A stretch of DNA of 32,061 nt from Chiloscyllium plagiosum (taxonomy: Eukaryota), in contig NC_057753.1 in assembly GCF_004010195.1 (NCBI RefSeq), positions 10,225,326 through 10,257,386 on the forward strand, read 5' to 3'. Numbering within the stretch: the first letter of the stretch is position 1; each line of letters starts with the position of its first letter. The translations under genes and the position numbers were made by a program. The notes beneath the pieces were generated by a model that saw nothing but the letters and a program-made list of their open reading frames with translations, ran no database searches and was not told where the DNA came from. This document shows positions 11,121-22,470 of this stretch, piece by piece.

Positions 11121-11589
11121 CGAAACCAGACCTTTTTACTAATACTTGTCCTGTTGGATTTTTTTTTAGTGCACCCAGTTTCAGGAGATTTGTGGTGGGT
11201 AAAAGTGGCACATGTCCCTGATCCTGGGAATTCTGGAAAATATAAAGGGGCTGTAAAAAGTACTTTAACTTTGGGAACACTGGGTCTTGTGGAAGCTGTG
11301 CATTTGTCAAATATTTTCAGAGAAATTCTCTCCAACTGGCAGGACTACAGTTTTCCCACGGAGTGTTACATTTTAAGAATGTTAAGAATGTTACCTTCTG
11401 TAAAACATTTTACTGAGAAATGAAGAAGAATTCAACTTGCTAACGTGAAACAAATGTTGGAGAGAAAGGAAACTGCCAAGATCAAAAAGGTTGATCAAAG
11501 TCAACATTTATCAGACTGTTTTTAGAACAGAGAAATTTTCACTGGAGATACCCATAAGAGTGTCAATTAGTTTTGAAATATTGTTTGTG

Positions 11590-12610
11590 TGTCTTAATTG
11601 TTAAGTCATACCTAGCACATGGAAAGATGGCAATGGTCGTTGGAGTTCAGTCATCTCAGCTCCAGGACATCTCTGCAGGAGTTCATAGGGTAGTGTCCGA
11701 GGCCCAACCATCTTCATCAATGACCTTCCTCCATCACAAGTTCAGAAGTGTAGGTGTTCGCCACTAATTGCACAATGTTCAGCACGATTCACATATCCTC
11801 ACAAACTGAACAGTTCAGTTTGAAATGCGACAAAGTCTTAACCATTTCAATGGGCTGATGAGGAGCAAGTAACATGTATGCTACACAAAATGCCAAGCAG
11901 TGACTCATCTGCAAAAGAGATAATCTGACCATCAACCTGTGATATCAACAATGTTACTGTCACTAAATAGCCCACAATCAACATCCTTGGGGTTTATGAT
12001 TGAGCAGAAACTCAACTTGACGAACACAGTGATGAACAAGAGCAGGTCAGAAGCCAGGAATACTGTACTGAGTAACTCACCTCCTGACTCCCCAAAACGT
12101 GTTCCATCTTCTACAAGGCACAAGTCAGCAGTGTAATGGAATACTCTTCCATCAGCTTGGATGGGTGCAGCCTCAACAGCATTCCTTTTTCCATCCCGGA
12201 CAAAGTAGCCTGCTTGATTGGCACCATCTTCACATACATCCACTCCCTCTGCTCCACTGTTCAGAAGCAGTCGTGCGTACTATTTACAAGACGCATTGCA
12301 GAAATTCACCAAAGATACTGAGAAAAAACCTTCCAAACCAACAACCACTTACATCTAGAAGGACCAGGATAACAGATACTTGGGAACACAACCTCTTGCA
12401 AGTACCCCTCCAAGCCACTCACCATCTTGACTTGGAAATATATTACTGTTCCTTCAGTGTTGCTGGGTCTAATCCTGGAATTCCCTCCCTAAGGACATTG
12501 TGGGATATCGTACAGCATGTTGACTGCAATGGTTCAAAAAGGCAGCTCACCACCACCTTCTCAAGGGGAACTAAATGCTGGCCAGCAAGCGACACCATGT
12601 ATCATGTGTA
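11590..12610 (+). mobile_element. Degenerate LINE (CR1/L2-group) RT C-terminal region and 3' UTR
   Basis: SYLAHGKMAMVVGVQSSQLQDISAGV...NDLPS...YKAQV..VMEYSS..W, across frames. Confidence 0.72.
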
Positions 12611-12649
12611 ACTTTTAATAAATTATCGAAAAAGAGTGTTGCAATCTGG

Positions 12650-13191
12650 ATCCCGATCTTTTACTTCACCAATTAGGAGTTGCTGTTTGACAGCTCACAT
12701 AATTATAGAATCCCTACAGTGTGGGAGCAGGCCATTTGTCCCATCAAATCCACATTGACCCTCCAAACAGCATCCCTTCCAGACTCACAAAAATGTGCAC
12801 TGCATGTGTGCAGAGAAGGGGATGCTGGGAGTGAGTGGGATGCTTTCACCACCGCCCCCTCCCTCCAAGACCCAAACATCCCCACAGTGCCTCTGTCCAT
12901 TCCCCACGACCACAGTGGCCCCTGGCCTTAACACCCACCTCCCACCGTGTCCCCTGACTATTCCCCCCTGCCACCCACAGCGCTCCCTGTCCATTCCCCA
13001 TCCTTTCTCTCTTGCTCTCTCTCACTCTCTCGTTCTCTCTCTCTGACCCCCATCCTCTGCACCCCTGTCCAGTCCCTCTTCCCATCCTCTGCCTCCCCAT
13101 GCATTTTCTCTCTCCCCACATCCTCTGCTCTCCATCCCTGTTCCCCATCTATTCTCTTTCTCCACCCACGTTCTGCCCTCAAGTCGGCTCG
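12650..13191 (-). repeat. Right arm of the inverted repeat (partner 8156-8652)
   Basis: Reverse complement of 8156-8652, with an expanded CT tract. Confidence 0.92.
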
Positions 13192-13241
13192 NNNNNNNNN
13201 NNNNNNNNNNNNNNNNNNNNNNNNNNNNNNNNNNNNNNNNN
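13192..13241. other. Assembly gap
   Basis: Run of N. Confidence 1.
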
Positions 13242-13704
13242 TGCTGCCCTGCATGGCTTTCTCTCCCCCTCTGTCCCCCCAGTCTTTCTCTAACTCACCC
13301 TCTGCACCCTGTCCATTTTCTGCTTCTCGACACACCACCTTCTGCCCCACATCCATTCTCTCTCCTTTCTCCCCATCACCCTCACTTCCTTTCTCATGCC
13401 TCGAACCTTCTTTGATCACTGTATCAAGCTCTTCTCAGAAGAGAGAGAGAATGGATGGTGTTGACTCAGCTGGGAGTCGGGAGGGGTGACAAATAGCTGA
13501 TCTTTAAAATTGAGAATAGCTAAAATGATATATTCAGCAACATCATTGAAGTCTGAAAGCACGTTCAATTTTTAAGAGCTGCTGAAATCTTCCTGAATCT
13601 TGCACTGAAATGTGCGCAGTTAGGCCACAGCTCAGGACAGGCTATTTGGGGTGAATAGTCTCTTCGTAGTCTCATGAAATTGGTTCTGACTCTGTTGAAA
13701 TAAT

Positions 13705-14000
13705 GTCATAGATTTGTAGAGCACAGAAACAAACCCATCGGTCCATGCCAACTAGCTATCCTAAGTTAATCTAGTGACCCATTTGCCAGCATTTGGCCCA
13801 TATCGCTCTGAATCCTTCCTATTCATATCTCTATCCAGATGTATTTTAAATATTCTAATTGTACCAGCCTCCACCACTTCCTCTGACAGACCATTCTTTA
13901 CACATACCACCCTCTGTGCGAAACCATGGCCTCTTAGGACCCTCAGAAATCTTGTCCTTCTCACCCTAAACCTGTGCCCTTCAGTTCTGGACTCCACTAT
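13705..14000 (-). mobile_element. CR1 3' end
   Basis: ORF 13761..14012 reads ESRTEGHRFRVR...FAQRVV..NGLSEEVVEAG. Confidence 0.82.
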
Positions 14001-14029
14001 CGCCCCCCACATTCATCCGCCAATAGGGG

Positions 14030-14470
14030 AAAAGACACACGGGTTGAGCAGCCAGACAAAATGCAATAAAATGTCGAGCCACAGGGAAAAAAAAACTTGT
14101 GGCTCTACCCTTTTTTTTCCTCCTATTGGCATTTGGACACTAAATATCTGTCAGTAACACGACCATTCTATGTACGTTTGCAGGTGCCAGCAACGCAGTG
14201 CGCATGTCTGCCGGTGTCAGCAAAACACTGGGCATGCTCACCGCTACCCACACAAAAAAACGGAATGATACCTTCTTTTGACGAACCAATAGAGAGCCCT
14301 GGAGGACCGGAAGGAGATCGGTCCTCCTGCCAATCAGAGCCACCCCATTGACTGAATGCGGCGGTCTGACCAGGAGCTTCTGAAGCCGCGACTCCTGCAC
14401 CTCTCTCTCTGAATGAAGATTGTACTTCACCCAGACCGTAAATTCCTTCCTCTGTCTAAGATCTGTGAGT
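14030..14470 (+). promoter_or_regulatory. Putative Pol II promoter and non-coding first exon of the ZF cassette
   Basis: CCAAT at 14286 and 14330, ETS CCGGAAG at 14307, NRF1-like TGCGCATG, CpG enrichment, donor CT|GTGAGT at 14465. Paralogs at 24940-25312 (donor 25307) and 23105-23325 (partial). Confidence 0.55.
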
Positions 14471-14554
14471 ATGGCACTGTATTTTCTCGCCCCCCCCCAC
14501 TTTCCATTTCTTTTTCATTCTGGGGTTCAATTGTTGACTTGCAGAAACTGAGAG

Positions 14555-14720
14555 CTTAAAAATGTGTTGCTGGAAAAGCGCAGCAGGTCAGACAGCAGCA
14601 AGAAGGCTTATGCCCGAAACGTCGATTCTCCTGCTCCTTTGATGCTGCCTGACCTGCTGCGCTTTTTCAGCAACACAGTTTTAAGCTCTGATCTCCAGCA
14701 TCTGCAGTCCTCACTTTCTC
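14555..14720 (+). mobile_element. Palindromic mini Penelope-like insertion with a 17 bp TSD
   Basis: Inverted PLE termini. CTTGCAGAAACTGAGAG occurs at 14538-14554 and 14721-14737. The empty site is present in the paralog at ~25376-25393. Confidence 0.85.
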
Positions 14721-14804
14721 CTTGCAGAAACTGAGAGGAAAGGGAGTGAATCCGGGAGTGGACAGACTCTGGAAACATTGGTCCAGGTCTGTGTCGCAAT
14801 GGGC

Positions 14805-15325
14805 AAAATAGACAGGCAGGAGGCTGGAAGAACACTTCAAGCCAGGCAGCATCAGGAGGAGGAGAAGTCGACGTTTCGGTTTCTTCATGACGGGGGTGTG
14901 GGTTTGGGGAGAGATGCAGATAAAGGGTGTGTTGGGGGCAGGGTGGTGAAGTGGGATTAGGTGAAGACAGCTAGAGGGTACAACCTGGTTGTCAGTGGGA
15001 GGAATGAATCTGGTTGGTGGCAGGGAGGAGGGCGGGGCTGGGAATGGAGTCAGGGGAAGGGAGATTTTGTTTTGAAATTGGAGCACTCAATGTTGAGTCC
15101 TCCGGGCTGTAGGCTGTCCAGGTGGAAGATGAAGAACTTACAGTTTAGTTCATTGTGGCAATGGAGGAGACCTATGATGGTCATGTCAGAAAGGGAGTGA
15201 AAAGGGGAATTAAATTGGATGGTGACTGGGAGGTCTGTTTGGCCTCTGTGGACTCAGCTGCGATGCTCAGTGAACCGTTCCCTAAGTTTATGTTCTGTCT
15301 CCCTGATGTGGAGAAGACCACAATT
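14805..15325 (-). mobile_element. Penelope-like element 3' part with GIY-YIG endonuclease remnant
   Basis: CGLLHIRETEHKLRERFTEH...DLPVTIQFNSPFHSLSDMTIIGLLHC...LQPGGLNIECSNFK. Absent from the paralog at ~25450. Confidence 0.82.
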
Positions 15326-15439
15326 TGCAAGCAGGTGGCAAATGCAGTACCACAATGTGAAGTTATAGCTTTTGCTGTGAAAAAAAAGCAGGAGGTGTAT
15401 TGCTTAATTTTGTTTAATTGTTTGATATATTGGGATGTG

Positions 15440-15551
15440 GAGATGCTGGAGATCAGAGTCAAAAGTGTGGTACTGGAAAAGCACAGCATGTCAGGCAGCA
15501 TCCAAGGAGCAGGAGAGTTGATGTTTCGGGCACAAGTCTTTCATCAGGAAT
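15440..15551 (-). mobile_element. PLE terminal fragment with degenerate hammerhead
   Basis: Minus strand: ATTCCTGATGAAAGACTTGTGCCCGAAACATC. Positionally equivalent to 25530-25665. Confidence 0.7.
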
Positions 15552-15716
15552 GATGTGTGGATGTACAAAGAGGCCTCAACGTCCTTTGAAACCAGTCAAT
15601 ACCAGTTGTCAGACGGGTGCAGCAAGCAATCAGCAAGGCAAGTGGTACCTTAGCAAGGCAAGTGGTATCTTAGCAAGAGAAATTGAATTCAGAAGTGGGG
15701 ATGTCTTCCTGCAGTT

Positions 15717-16041
15717 ATTAGATTAGATTTTGAATTAGATTACTTACAGTGTGGAAACAGGCCCTTCGGGCCAACAAGTCCACACCGACCCGCCGAAGCG
15801 CAACTCACCTATACCCCTACATTTACCCCTTACCTAACACTACGGGCAATTTAGCATGGCCAATTCACCTGACCTGCACATCTTTGGACTGTGGGAGGAA
15901 ACCGGAGCACCCGGAGGAAACCCACGCAGACACTGGGAGAACGTGCAAACTCCACACAGTCAGTCGCCTGAGTCGGGAATTGAACCCGGGTCTCTGGCGC
16001 TGTGAGGCAGCAGTGCTAACCACTGTGCCACCCTGCCGCCC
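15717..16041 (-). mobile_element. HE1-type V-SINE, young, full length
   Basis: Nearly identical to 9775-10075. Absent at the paralogous site (~25808). Confidence 0.92.
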
Positions 16042-16154
16042 ACAATGGGGACATTGAATATATTCAAGGCTGACTTCATCTGATTTTTTAACAACAAAGA
16101 AGTGGATGTTTATGGGGAAAGGCAAGAAAATGGTTTTAAGATTGGTACAGAACA

Positions 16155-17870
16155 GTTATAGAGTCATACAGCACAGAAACAGACCCTTCAGTCCATCTAG
16201 TCCATGCTGAACTAGTCACAAACTAAACTAGTCCCACTTGCCAGTGTTTGGCCCATATCCCTCCGAACCGTTCCGATATATATACTTACCCAAATGTCTT
16301 TTAAATGTTGTTACTGTACCTGCATCCACCACTTCCTCTGGACCTTCATTCCACACACAAACCACTGTGTAAACAAAAAAAAGTACCCCTCATGCCTTTT
16401 TAAAATCTTTCTCCTCTCACCTTCAAATTTGCAGTCATCTCATCTATGCCACGCATGATTTTATAAACCTCTGTAAAATCACCTCTCAACAGATGCTCCA
16501 GTGAAAACTTCCCAGCCTATCCACCTCGACATTGGTAGATTCATGTTGAGTCATGATCTTTTGAATACTGGTGCAGGCTTGAAAGGCCAGTATTCAAAAG
16601 ATCTGACTCTTGCTCCCAAATCACTCAGTCTGTGTCCAGGACAGAAAGAGACCAAAAGACATAGGAGCAGAAGTTAGGCCATTCAGCCTATCGGGTCTGC
16701 TCTGCCATTCAATCATGGCTAATAGGTTTCTCAACCCCATTCTCCAACTGTCCCCGTCACCCTCAATCTCCTTGATACCCTAGAACCTATCTATCTCAGT
16801 CTTAAATATGCTCAGTGACCTGTCCTCCTCAGCCTTCTGTGGCAGTGAATTCTATATATTCACCACTCTCTGGCTGAAGAAGTTTCTCCTTATCTCTGTT
16901 CTGAAAGGTCTTCCCTTTACTTTAAGGCTGTGCCTACTGGTTCTCGTCTCTCCAACTAATGGAAACATCTTCCCAATATTCACTCTGTCCAGGCTGGTCA
17001 GGATTCTTTATGTTTCAATTAGAACCCCCTGAGTGTGGCCCTGTTAATCAGCATGAACCAGACCCTTCAGGATTAGGTTCAGCAAAGTGAGAATGGAGGA
17101 AGAGTGTGTGGGACAGAGATGTTCAGCTTCAAAGGAATGAGAGAGGAAAGAGAGTTCACTATAAATTAGAATTGATCTGATGGGCCAAGGAGTGGCAGAT
17201 GGTGTTTAATTTAGAGAAGTGTGTGGTTTGCAGTTTGGTCAAGCAATCCAGGCAGGACTGACACAGTTAAGGGGAGTGTTGCAGAACAAAGAGCCCTTGG
17301 AGTGCAGGTTCATAGTTCCTTGAATGTGGAGTCTCAGGTAGACAGAGCAGTGAAGAAGGCTTTTAGTATGCTTTCCTTTATTGGCCAGAGTATTGAGTAT
17401 AGGAGTTGGGAGGTCATCTAGTTGCGACTGTACAGGACATTGGTTAGGCCACATTTGGAAGACTGCGTTCACTTCTGGTCTCTCTGTTACAGCAAAGATA
17501 TAGTGAAACTTTGACTGGGATTGGAAAAGATTAATAAGGCTGTTGCCAGAGTTGGAGGGCTTGAGCTATAGGAAGAGGCTGAATAGGCTGGGGATATTTT
17601 CCCTGGAGCAACGGAGGCTGAGGGGTGACCTTATAGACGTTCATAAGGGGCATGGATAGGGTGAATACCCAAGGTCTTTACCCCAAGGTCGGGGAGTCCA
17701 AAACTAGAAGGCATAAGTTTGAGGTGAGAGGGGAATTTTAAAGGCATCTGGATGGGTACATGAATGTGGACCACATGCAGGCAAATTGGACTAGATTAAT
17801 TTAGGATATTTGTTTGGCACAGACGAGTTGGATTGAAGGGTCTGTTTCCGTGTTGCGTGACTTTAATTGC
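16155..17870. mobile_element. Cluster of CR1 fragments in both orientations
   Basis: CR1 3' ends on the minus strand (16155-16525, 16655-17030) and an RT C-terminus on the plus strand (17175-17870: EQRALGVQVHSSL...LYRTLVRPHLE). Confidence 0.78.
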
Positions 17871-19180
17871 TGGCTGTGAAAGCAAAAGGGTCGTTGTGAA
17901 GACTGGACTTTCAGAGCTGCTTTCAAGGATGTTTTGCCCTGACTGGGAGTAGAAAAGTTTGACTGAAGTGTGTCGGTGTTAATGCCTTGATGTCTCATTT
18001 TGTTCCCACCATTCTGGGGATGCTAACCATTTAATGTCTGGTTGTTCATCATGAAGCTGAATTGCAGGTTCACCCTGAATTGACAAACTTTTTTTTTCTC
18101 GCTTTCCAAAATCAGACCTGCTCACGCTCAGCAGGAGCCGAATGTTGTGAAAGATATTAACTTTCAGGTGGAGTTACCCAAAATTCAGAGAGGTGTCAGT
18201 CTTAACTTTTTTGCTTTTCTGCTCCTGTAAGATCCTGAATCAGCACCTTCAGGAGAATTAGTTAGAGCGGAGGAAGAACAGAACGAGAGAGAGAGAGTGG
18301 AATGGTGCTTTCAATTTTGTGGAATAACAAAAGAAACAAATATTTTGCAGATAGTAGAATTGCTTGTTCTGAATTTCTACCCTATACTGTTAGTGATGAT
18401 TTTTGTAATCTCTTTTTGCAGAGTATCTGAAGACACAAGTTTCAAAATCAACAGATGAAGGCTTTATGCCCAAAATGTCGATTTTCCTGCTCCTCAGATG
18501 CTGCCTGACCTGCTCTGCTTTGCCAGCACCACTCTAATCTCCAGCATCTGCAGTTCTCACTTTCACCTGTAAGAAATGGGCAGTTTTAAAACAAAAACCT
18601 GTTGCAGTTCAAAGCTCTCAATGAGAGTCTGTGCTCGGCGGGAAGTTCAGGTAATCTTTATTGCGACCCAACTTTGTTACAGCTTCAGAAGCTCCCAGCA
18701 GAAAGGTGGAGAAAAAGTAGCAATTTTTAAAAAACAGCTCGAGGTCAAAGTGCACACAGCCCCTCCAACCCCTCGCTTTCTTCATTATTGGTCACCACCG
18801 AGTTGTCCTTTGTAATTGGATCCTTGGTACAGCCTTAACAGCCTCACTCAGCGATTTCAACCTGTATCCAAGTAAGGTGCATGGGCAGTATAGGGTCAAC
18901 CACACTGCTGTGGGTCTGGAGTTACGTGTAGGCCAGACCCTGGGATGGCTGAGTGAATTCTCTCCTACAACGACAGTTTCCTTCCCTGAAACGAACTGAG
19001 TGAATCAGATGGGGGTTTTCTTCCACCCCCACCCCACCGAAAATAGTTTCATCGTTAGATTCTGAACACCAGATTTCGGACCAAATCCAATTCCACCATC
19101 AGTCGTGGTGGGAATGGACCCCGGGATCCCCGGAACTGGGTTGATAGTCCAGTCGATAATGGCATTCGGTTGTCGTTCCT

Positions 19181-19479
19181 TCAATCCCCCTGCAATGGCA
19201 CATGAACACGCTGGTGGCTCCGCAGGTAGGTGGAGCAGGTGAAGGCCTTCCCGCACTCAGGGCAGCTGAAGGGCCTTTTTCCCCCGTGTGGACCCGCCGG
19301 TGAGTCGGCAGGTTGGAGGAATTGCTGAAGCCCTTCCCGCAGACAGGGCAAAGGAATGGCCTCTCCCCGGTGTGACTGCGCCGATGAGTCTCCAGCGCAG
19401 ACGGGAAACTGAAGCCTTTCCCGCAGTTGCCACACTTCCATGGTTTCCCTACTGTGCAGGATTCCTCTGGATTCTCCAT
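19181..19479 (-). pseudogene. Short C2H2 zinc-finger gene (3 fingers) with one frameshift at 19276-19285
   Basis: Kozak [73 protein letters not shown][fs][31 protein letters not shown]. Candidate acceptor TTTTTACAG| at 19859; candidate AATAAA at 18657-18662. Confidence 0.9.
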
Positions 19480-19989
19480 GGCCGAAGCTTCAGCCACACA
19501 CAAACACATGTGGAGCCTCTCCCCACCATGTAATCCTCTTTCCAGGCTCCACACTCAGTGCACTGCAACGGTAGAGTTTCTCATCCAGTCCCACTGATGC
19601 CGAAAATGTACTGAAAAGGAATCAAAAAGCTTTGCTCCTTTTCACAGAATCATAGTTGAAAACCGATGGATTGAGTGACTGTCAGCCATTGACGTCAAAG
19701 TGAGGACTGCAGGCGCTGGAGAGTCAGAGTCGAAAAGTAGAGCGCTGGAAAAGCACAGCAGGTCAGGCAGCATCCGAGGAGCAGAAGAAACGACATTTTA
19801 GGCATAAGCCCTTCATCTGTTGATTTTTGAAACTCCTGTCTTCAGATCTTCAAATACTCTGTAAAAAGAGATTATAAACTTGAAAGGGTTAGAAAAGATT
19901 TACAAGGATGTTGCCAGGGTTGGAGGATTTGAGCTATAAGAAGAGGCTGAATAGGCTGGAGCAACAGAAGCTGAGGGGTGACCTTAGGA

Positions 19990-20382
19990 GATGAGCCAAG
20001 TGCTGACAAATGGGACTAGATTAATTTAGGATATCTGGTTTGCATGGACGGGTTGGACTGAAGGGTCTGTTTCCATGCTGTACATCTGTGACTAAATAAT
20101 AAAAAGTATACTTTGAGAAATAACAAACTATATCCATGTTAACAAAGCTTAGTACACCACATGCTTTACTAACTATTCTCAGCAGGTCCTGTCCCTTCAG
20201 TGACTGAGGAACATATACATGCTGGTGCATAGTCTCCTTCACTAGCGTTTACATACTAGCCTCAGCAATTGCACAAGTAACAGCGAGAGTATAAAAAAAC
20301 AAGGATTTTTTAAGAGAGAAGGTAAAAAGCAAAAGCAGATGGAAAGTCGGTGTAAAATGTCACTATGACAGGACAGGCCCCA
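19990..20382 (-). repeat. Inverted copy of the sequence following the QSOX-like exon (22505-22920)
   Basis: ORFs 20021..20242(-) and 22664..22873(+) are near-identical, and the nucleotide match extends over the unique region. Confidence 0.88.
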
Positions 20383-20587
20383 GAACGCCCCTGGTGCTCA
20401 CCTTCCACCCTACCAACCTTCGCATAAACCAAATCATCCACCGACATTTCCGCCACCTCCAAAAAGACCCCACCACCAGGGATATATTTTCTTCCCCACC
20501 CCTTTCCGCCTTCCGCAAAGACCGTTCCCTCCGTGACTACCTGGTCAGGTCCACGCCCCCCTACAACCCACCCTCCCATCCTGGCAC

Positions 20588-21003
20588 NNNNNNNNNNNNN
20601 NNNNNNNNNNNNNNNNNNNNNNNNNNNNNNNNNNNNNNNNNNNNNNNNNNNNNNNNNNNNNNNNNNNNNNNNNNNNNNNNNNNNNNNNNNNNNNNNNNNN
20701 NNNNNNNNNNNNNNNNNNNNNNNNNNNNNNNNNNNNNNNNNNNNNNNNNNNNNNNNNNNNNNNNNNNNNNNNNNNNNNNNNNNNNNNNNNNNNNNNNNNN
20801 NNNNNNNNNNNNNNNNNNNNNNNNNNNNNNNNNNNNNNNNNNNNNNNNNNNNNNNNNNNNNNNNNNNNNNNNNNNNNNNNNNNNNNNNNNNNNNNNNNNN
20901 NNNNNNNNNNNNNNNNNNNNNNNNNNNNNNNNNNNNNNNNNNNNNNNNNNNNNNNNNNNNNNNNNNNNNNNNNNNNNNNNNNNNNNNNNNNNNNNNNNNN
21001 NNN
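20588..21003. other. Assembly gap
   Basis: Run of N. Confidence 1.
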
Positions 21004-21025
21004 ACGCTCCAGGCTCTCTGCCTTT

Positions 21026-21060
21026 ATTCCTGATGAAGGGCGTTTGCCCGAAACGTCGAT
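21026..21060 (+). ncRNA. Minimal type I hammerhead ribozyme motif (PLE-associated)
   Basis: TC-CTGATGA-A-GGGC GTTT GCCC-GAAA-C-GTC|GA: intact core, palindromic ACGT stem III, short stem I. Confidence 0.68.
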
Positions 21061-21159
21061 TTCGCTGCTCCTTGGATGCTGCCTGAACTGCTGTGCTCTT
21101 CCAGCACCACTAATCCAGAATCTGGTTTCCAGCATCTGCAGTCATTGTTTTTACTTCTA

Positions 21160-22135
21160 ATTTAGGATATCTGTTCAGCTTGGACAAGTTGGGCCAAAGG
21201 GTCTGTTTGTGTGCTGTATGACTCTAGTCATCTTCGGTGGAAGCAGAAGTGTGGTTGTGAAGACTGGACTTTCAGAGCAGCTTTCAAGAATGCTTTGCCC
21301 TTACTGGGCATAGAAGTGTTTGACTGAAATGTGTCGGTGTTAATACCTTGATGTCTCATTTTGCTCCCCTCTTACTGGGGACGTTAACCATTTCATGTCT
21401 GGTTGTTTCTCAAGAAGCTGCATTGCAGGTTCATCTTGAATTGCATGCTGTTTTTGCTTCCTAAAATCAGACCTGCTCACTCTCAGCAGGATCCCAGTGT
21501 TGTGAAAGATATTAACTTTCAGGTGGAGTTATCCAAAATTCAGACAGATGTCGGTCTTGATGTGTTTGCTTTTCTGCTCCTGTAAGACTCTGAATCAGCA
21601 CTTTCAGGAGAATGAGAGTGGAATGAAAACAGAGGAGGAGAGAGAGTGGGATGGTGCTTTCAATTTTGTGGAATAACAAAAGGAAAGAATGTTCTGTAGA
21701 AAGTAGAATTGCTTGTTCCGAATTTCCACGCTGAACTGTCAGTGATGACTTTTGTAATCTCTTTTTGCAGCATATTTGAAGATCTGAAGAGATGAAGGCC
21801 TTATGCCCAAAACATTGACTCTCCTGCTCCTCGGATGCTGCCTGACCCGCTGTGCTTTTCCAGCGCCGCACGTTTTGACACTGACGCTCCAGCCTCTGCA
21901 GTCCTGATTTTGACGCCCATGTCTGACAGTCACTCAATCCATCGGGATCGCAACAACTTTTAACTATGATTCTGTGAGAAGGAGCAAAGCTTTTTGGTTC
22001 CTGTTTGAGTACATTTTCAGTATCAGTGGGACTGGATGAGAGAGCCTACTGTTGCAGCTCACTGAGTGTGGAGCCTGAAACAGCTTACGGCCTGGAAAGA
22101 GGAATTCACAGTAGGGCGTGATGGTGAGGCTCCAC
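21160..22135 (+). repeat. Partial copy of the ZF cassette (intron end, acceptor at 21770, terminal-exon leader) lacking the ZF CDS
   Basis: Matches 17800-18570 (+) and 19510-19875 (-). Homology ends at GAGGCTCCAC (22135), 30 nt before where the ZF ATG would be. Confidence 0.85.
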
Positions 22136-22220
22136 CTGCCAAGCCCTATCCCCGAGCTGATGTCACACGGGGGTGAAGTCGCTCGAGTGAGGAAGCGGCG
22201 GGAGGGCGGCTGTTAGGAAA

Positions 22221-22470
22221 ATGGCACCGTGAGGCCGGGCAGACACCCGTCACTGGGCACCGCCGCCTTCCTGGTGCAGCTGCTGTGTCACGGCCACACC
22301 GGCCGGCTGTACAGCAGGCAGGAGCCGGTGAGCATTCTGGAGGCGGATGGGGTTAAGGGCCTGCTTGGGGACTCGTCGGCCGCCTGGGTGGTGGAGTTCT
22401 ACTGATCGTGGGGCGGCCCCTGTGTCAACTATGGGGCCACCTGGAAGGTACTGGGCCCGGGAGGTGAAAG
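22221..22470 (+). pseudogene. QSOX2: Unprocessed pseudo-exon 1 of a quiescin sulfhydryl oxidase (QSOX2-like)
   Basis: LGTAAFLVQLLCHGHTGRLYSRQEPVSILEADGVKGLLGDSSAAWVVEFY*SWGGPCVNYGATWKVL..EVK matches the QSOX signal peptide and Trx1 start (recalled QSOX2: RLY...[28 protein letters not shown]). It ends in a phase-1 donor AAG|GTGAGG at 22471. Stops at 22230 and 22403, frameshifts, CGHC changed to GGPC. Confidence 0.85.

Larger units (their letters stand above)
14030..18570 (+). repeat. Segmental duplication unit A of the ZF cassette
   Basis: Colinear with 24940-28172 (same order of unique and TE segments). Its distal part (17800-18570) is colinear with 21160-21910. Confidence 0.88.
20383..21157 (+). 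mobile_element. Young Penelope-like element (spans gap 20588-21003)
   Basis: RTPLVLTFHPTNLRINQIIHRHFRHLQKDPTTRDIF..PPLSAFRKDRSLRDYLVRS before the gap; PLE terminus after it. Confidence 0.85.

Noticed and set aside
11154..11423. 89 aa ORF after a T-rich acceptor-like site
   Set aside because: No recognisable domain and no convincing donor or partner exon.
8156..13191. DNA transposon with long TIRs
   Set aside because: No transposase, the outer ends are hidden by gaps, and the arms contain SINE tail and low-complexity DNA.
20533..21135. Gap-spanning ORFs
   Set aside because: Mostly X. Only the PLE peptide before the gap is meaningful.
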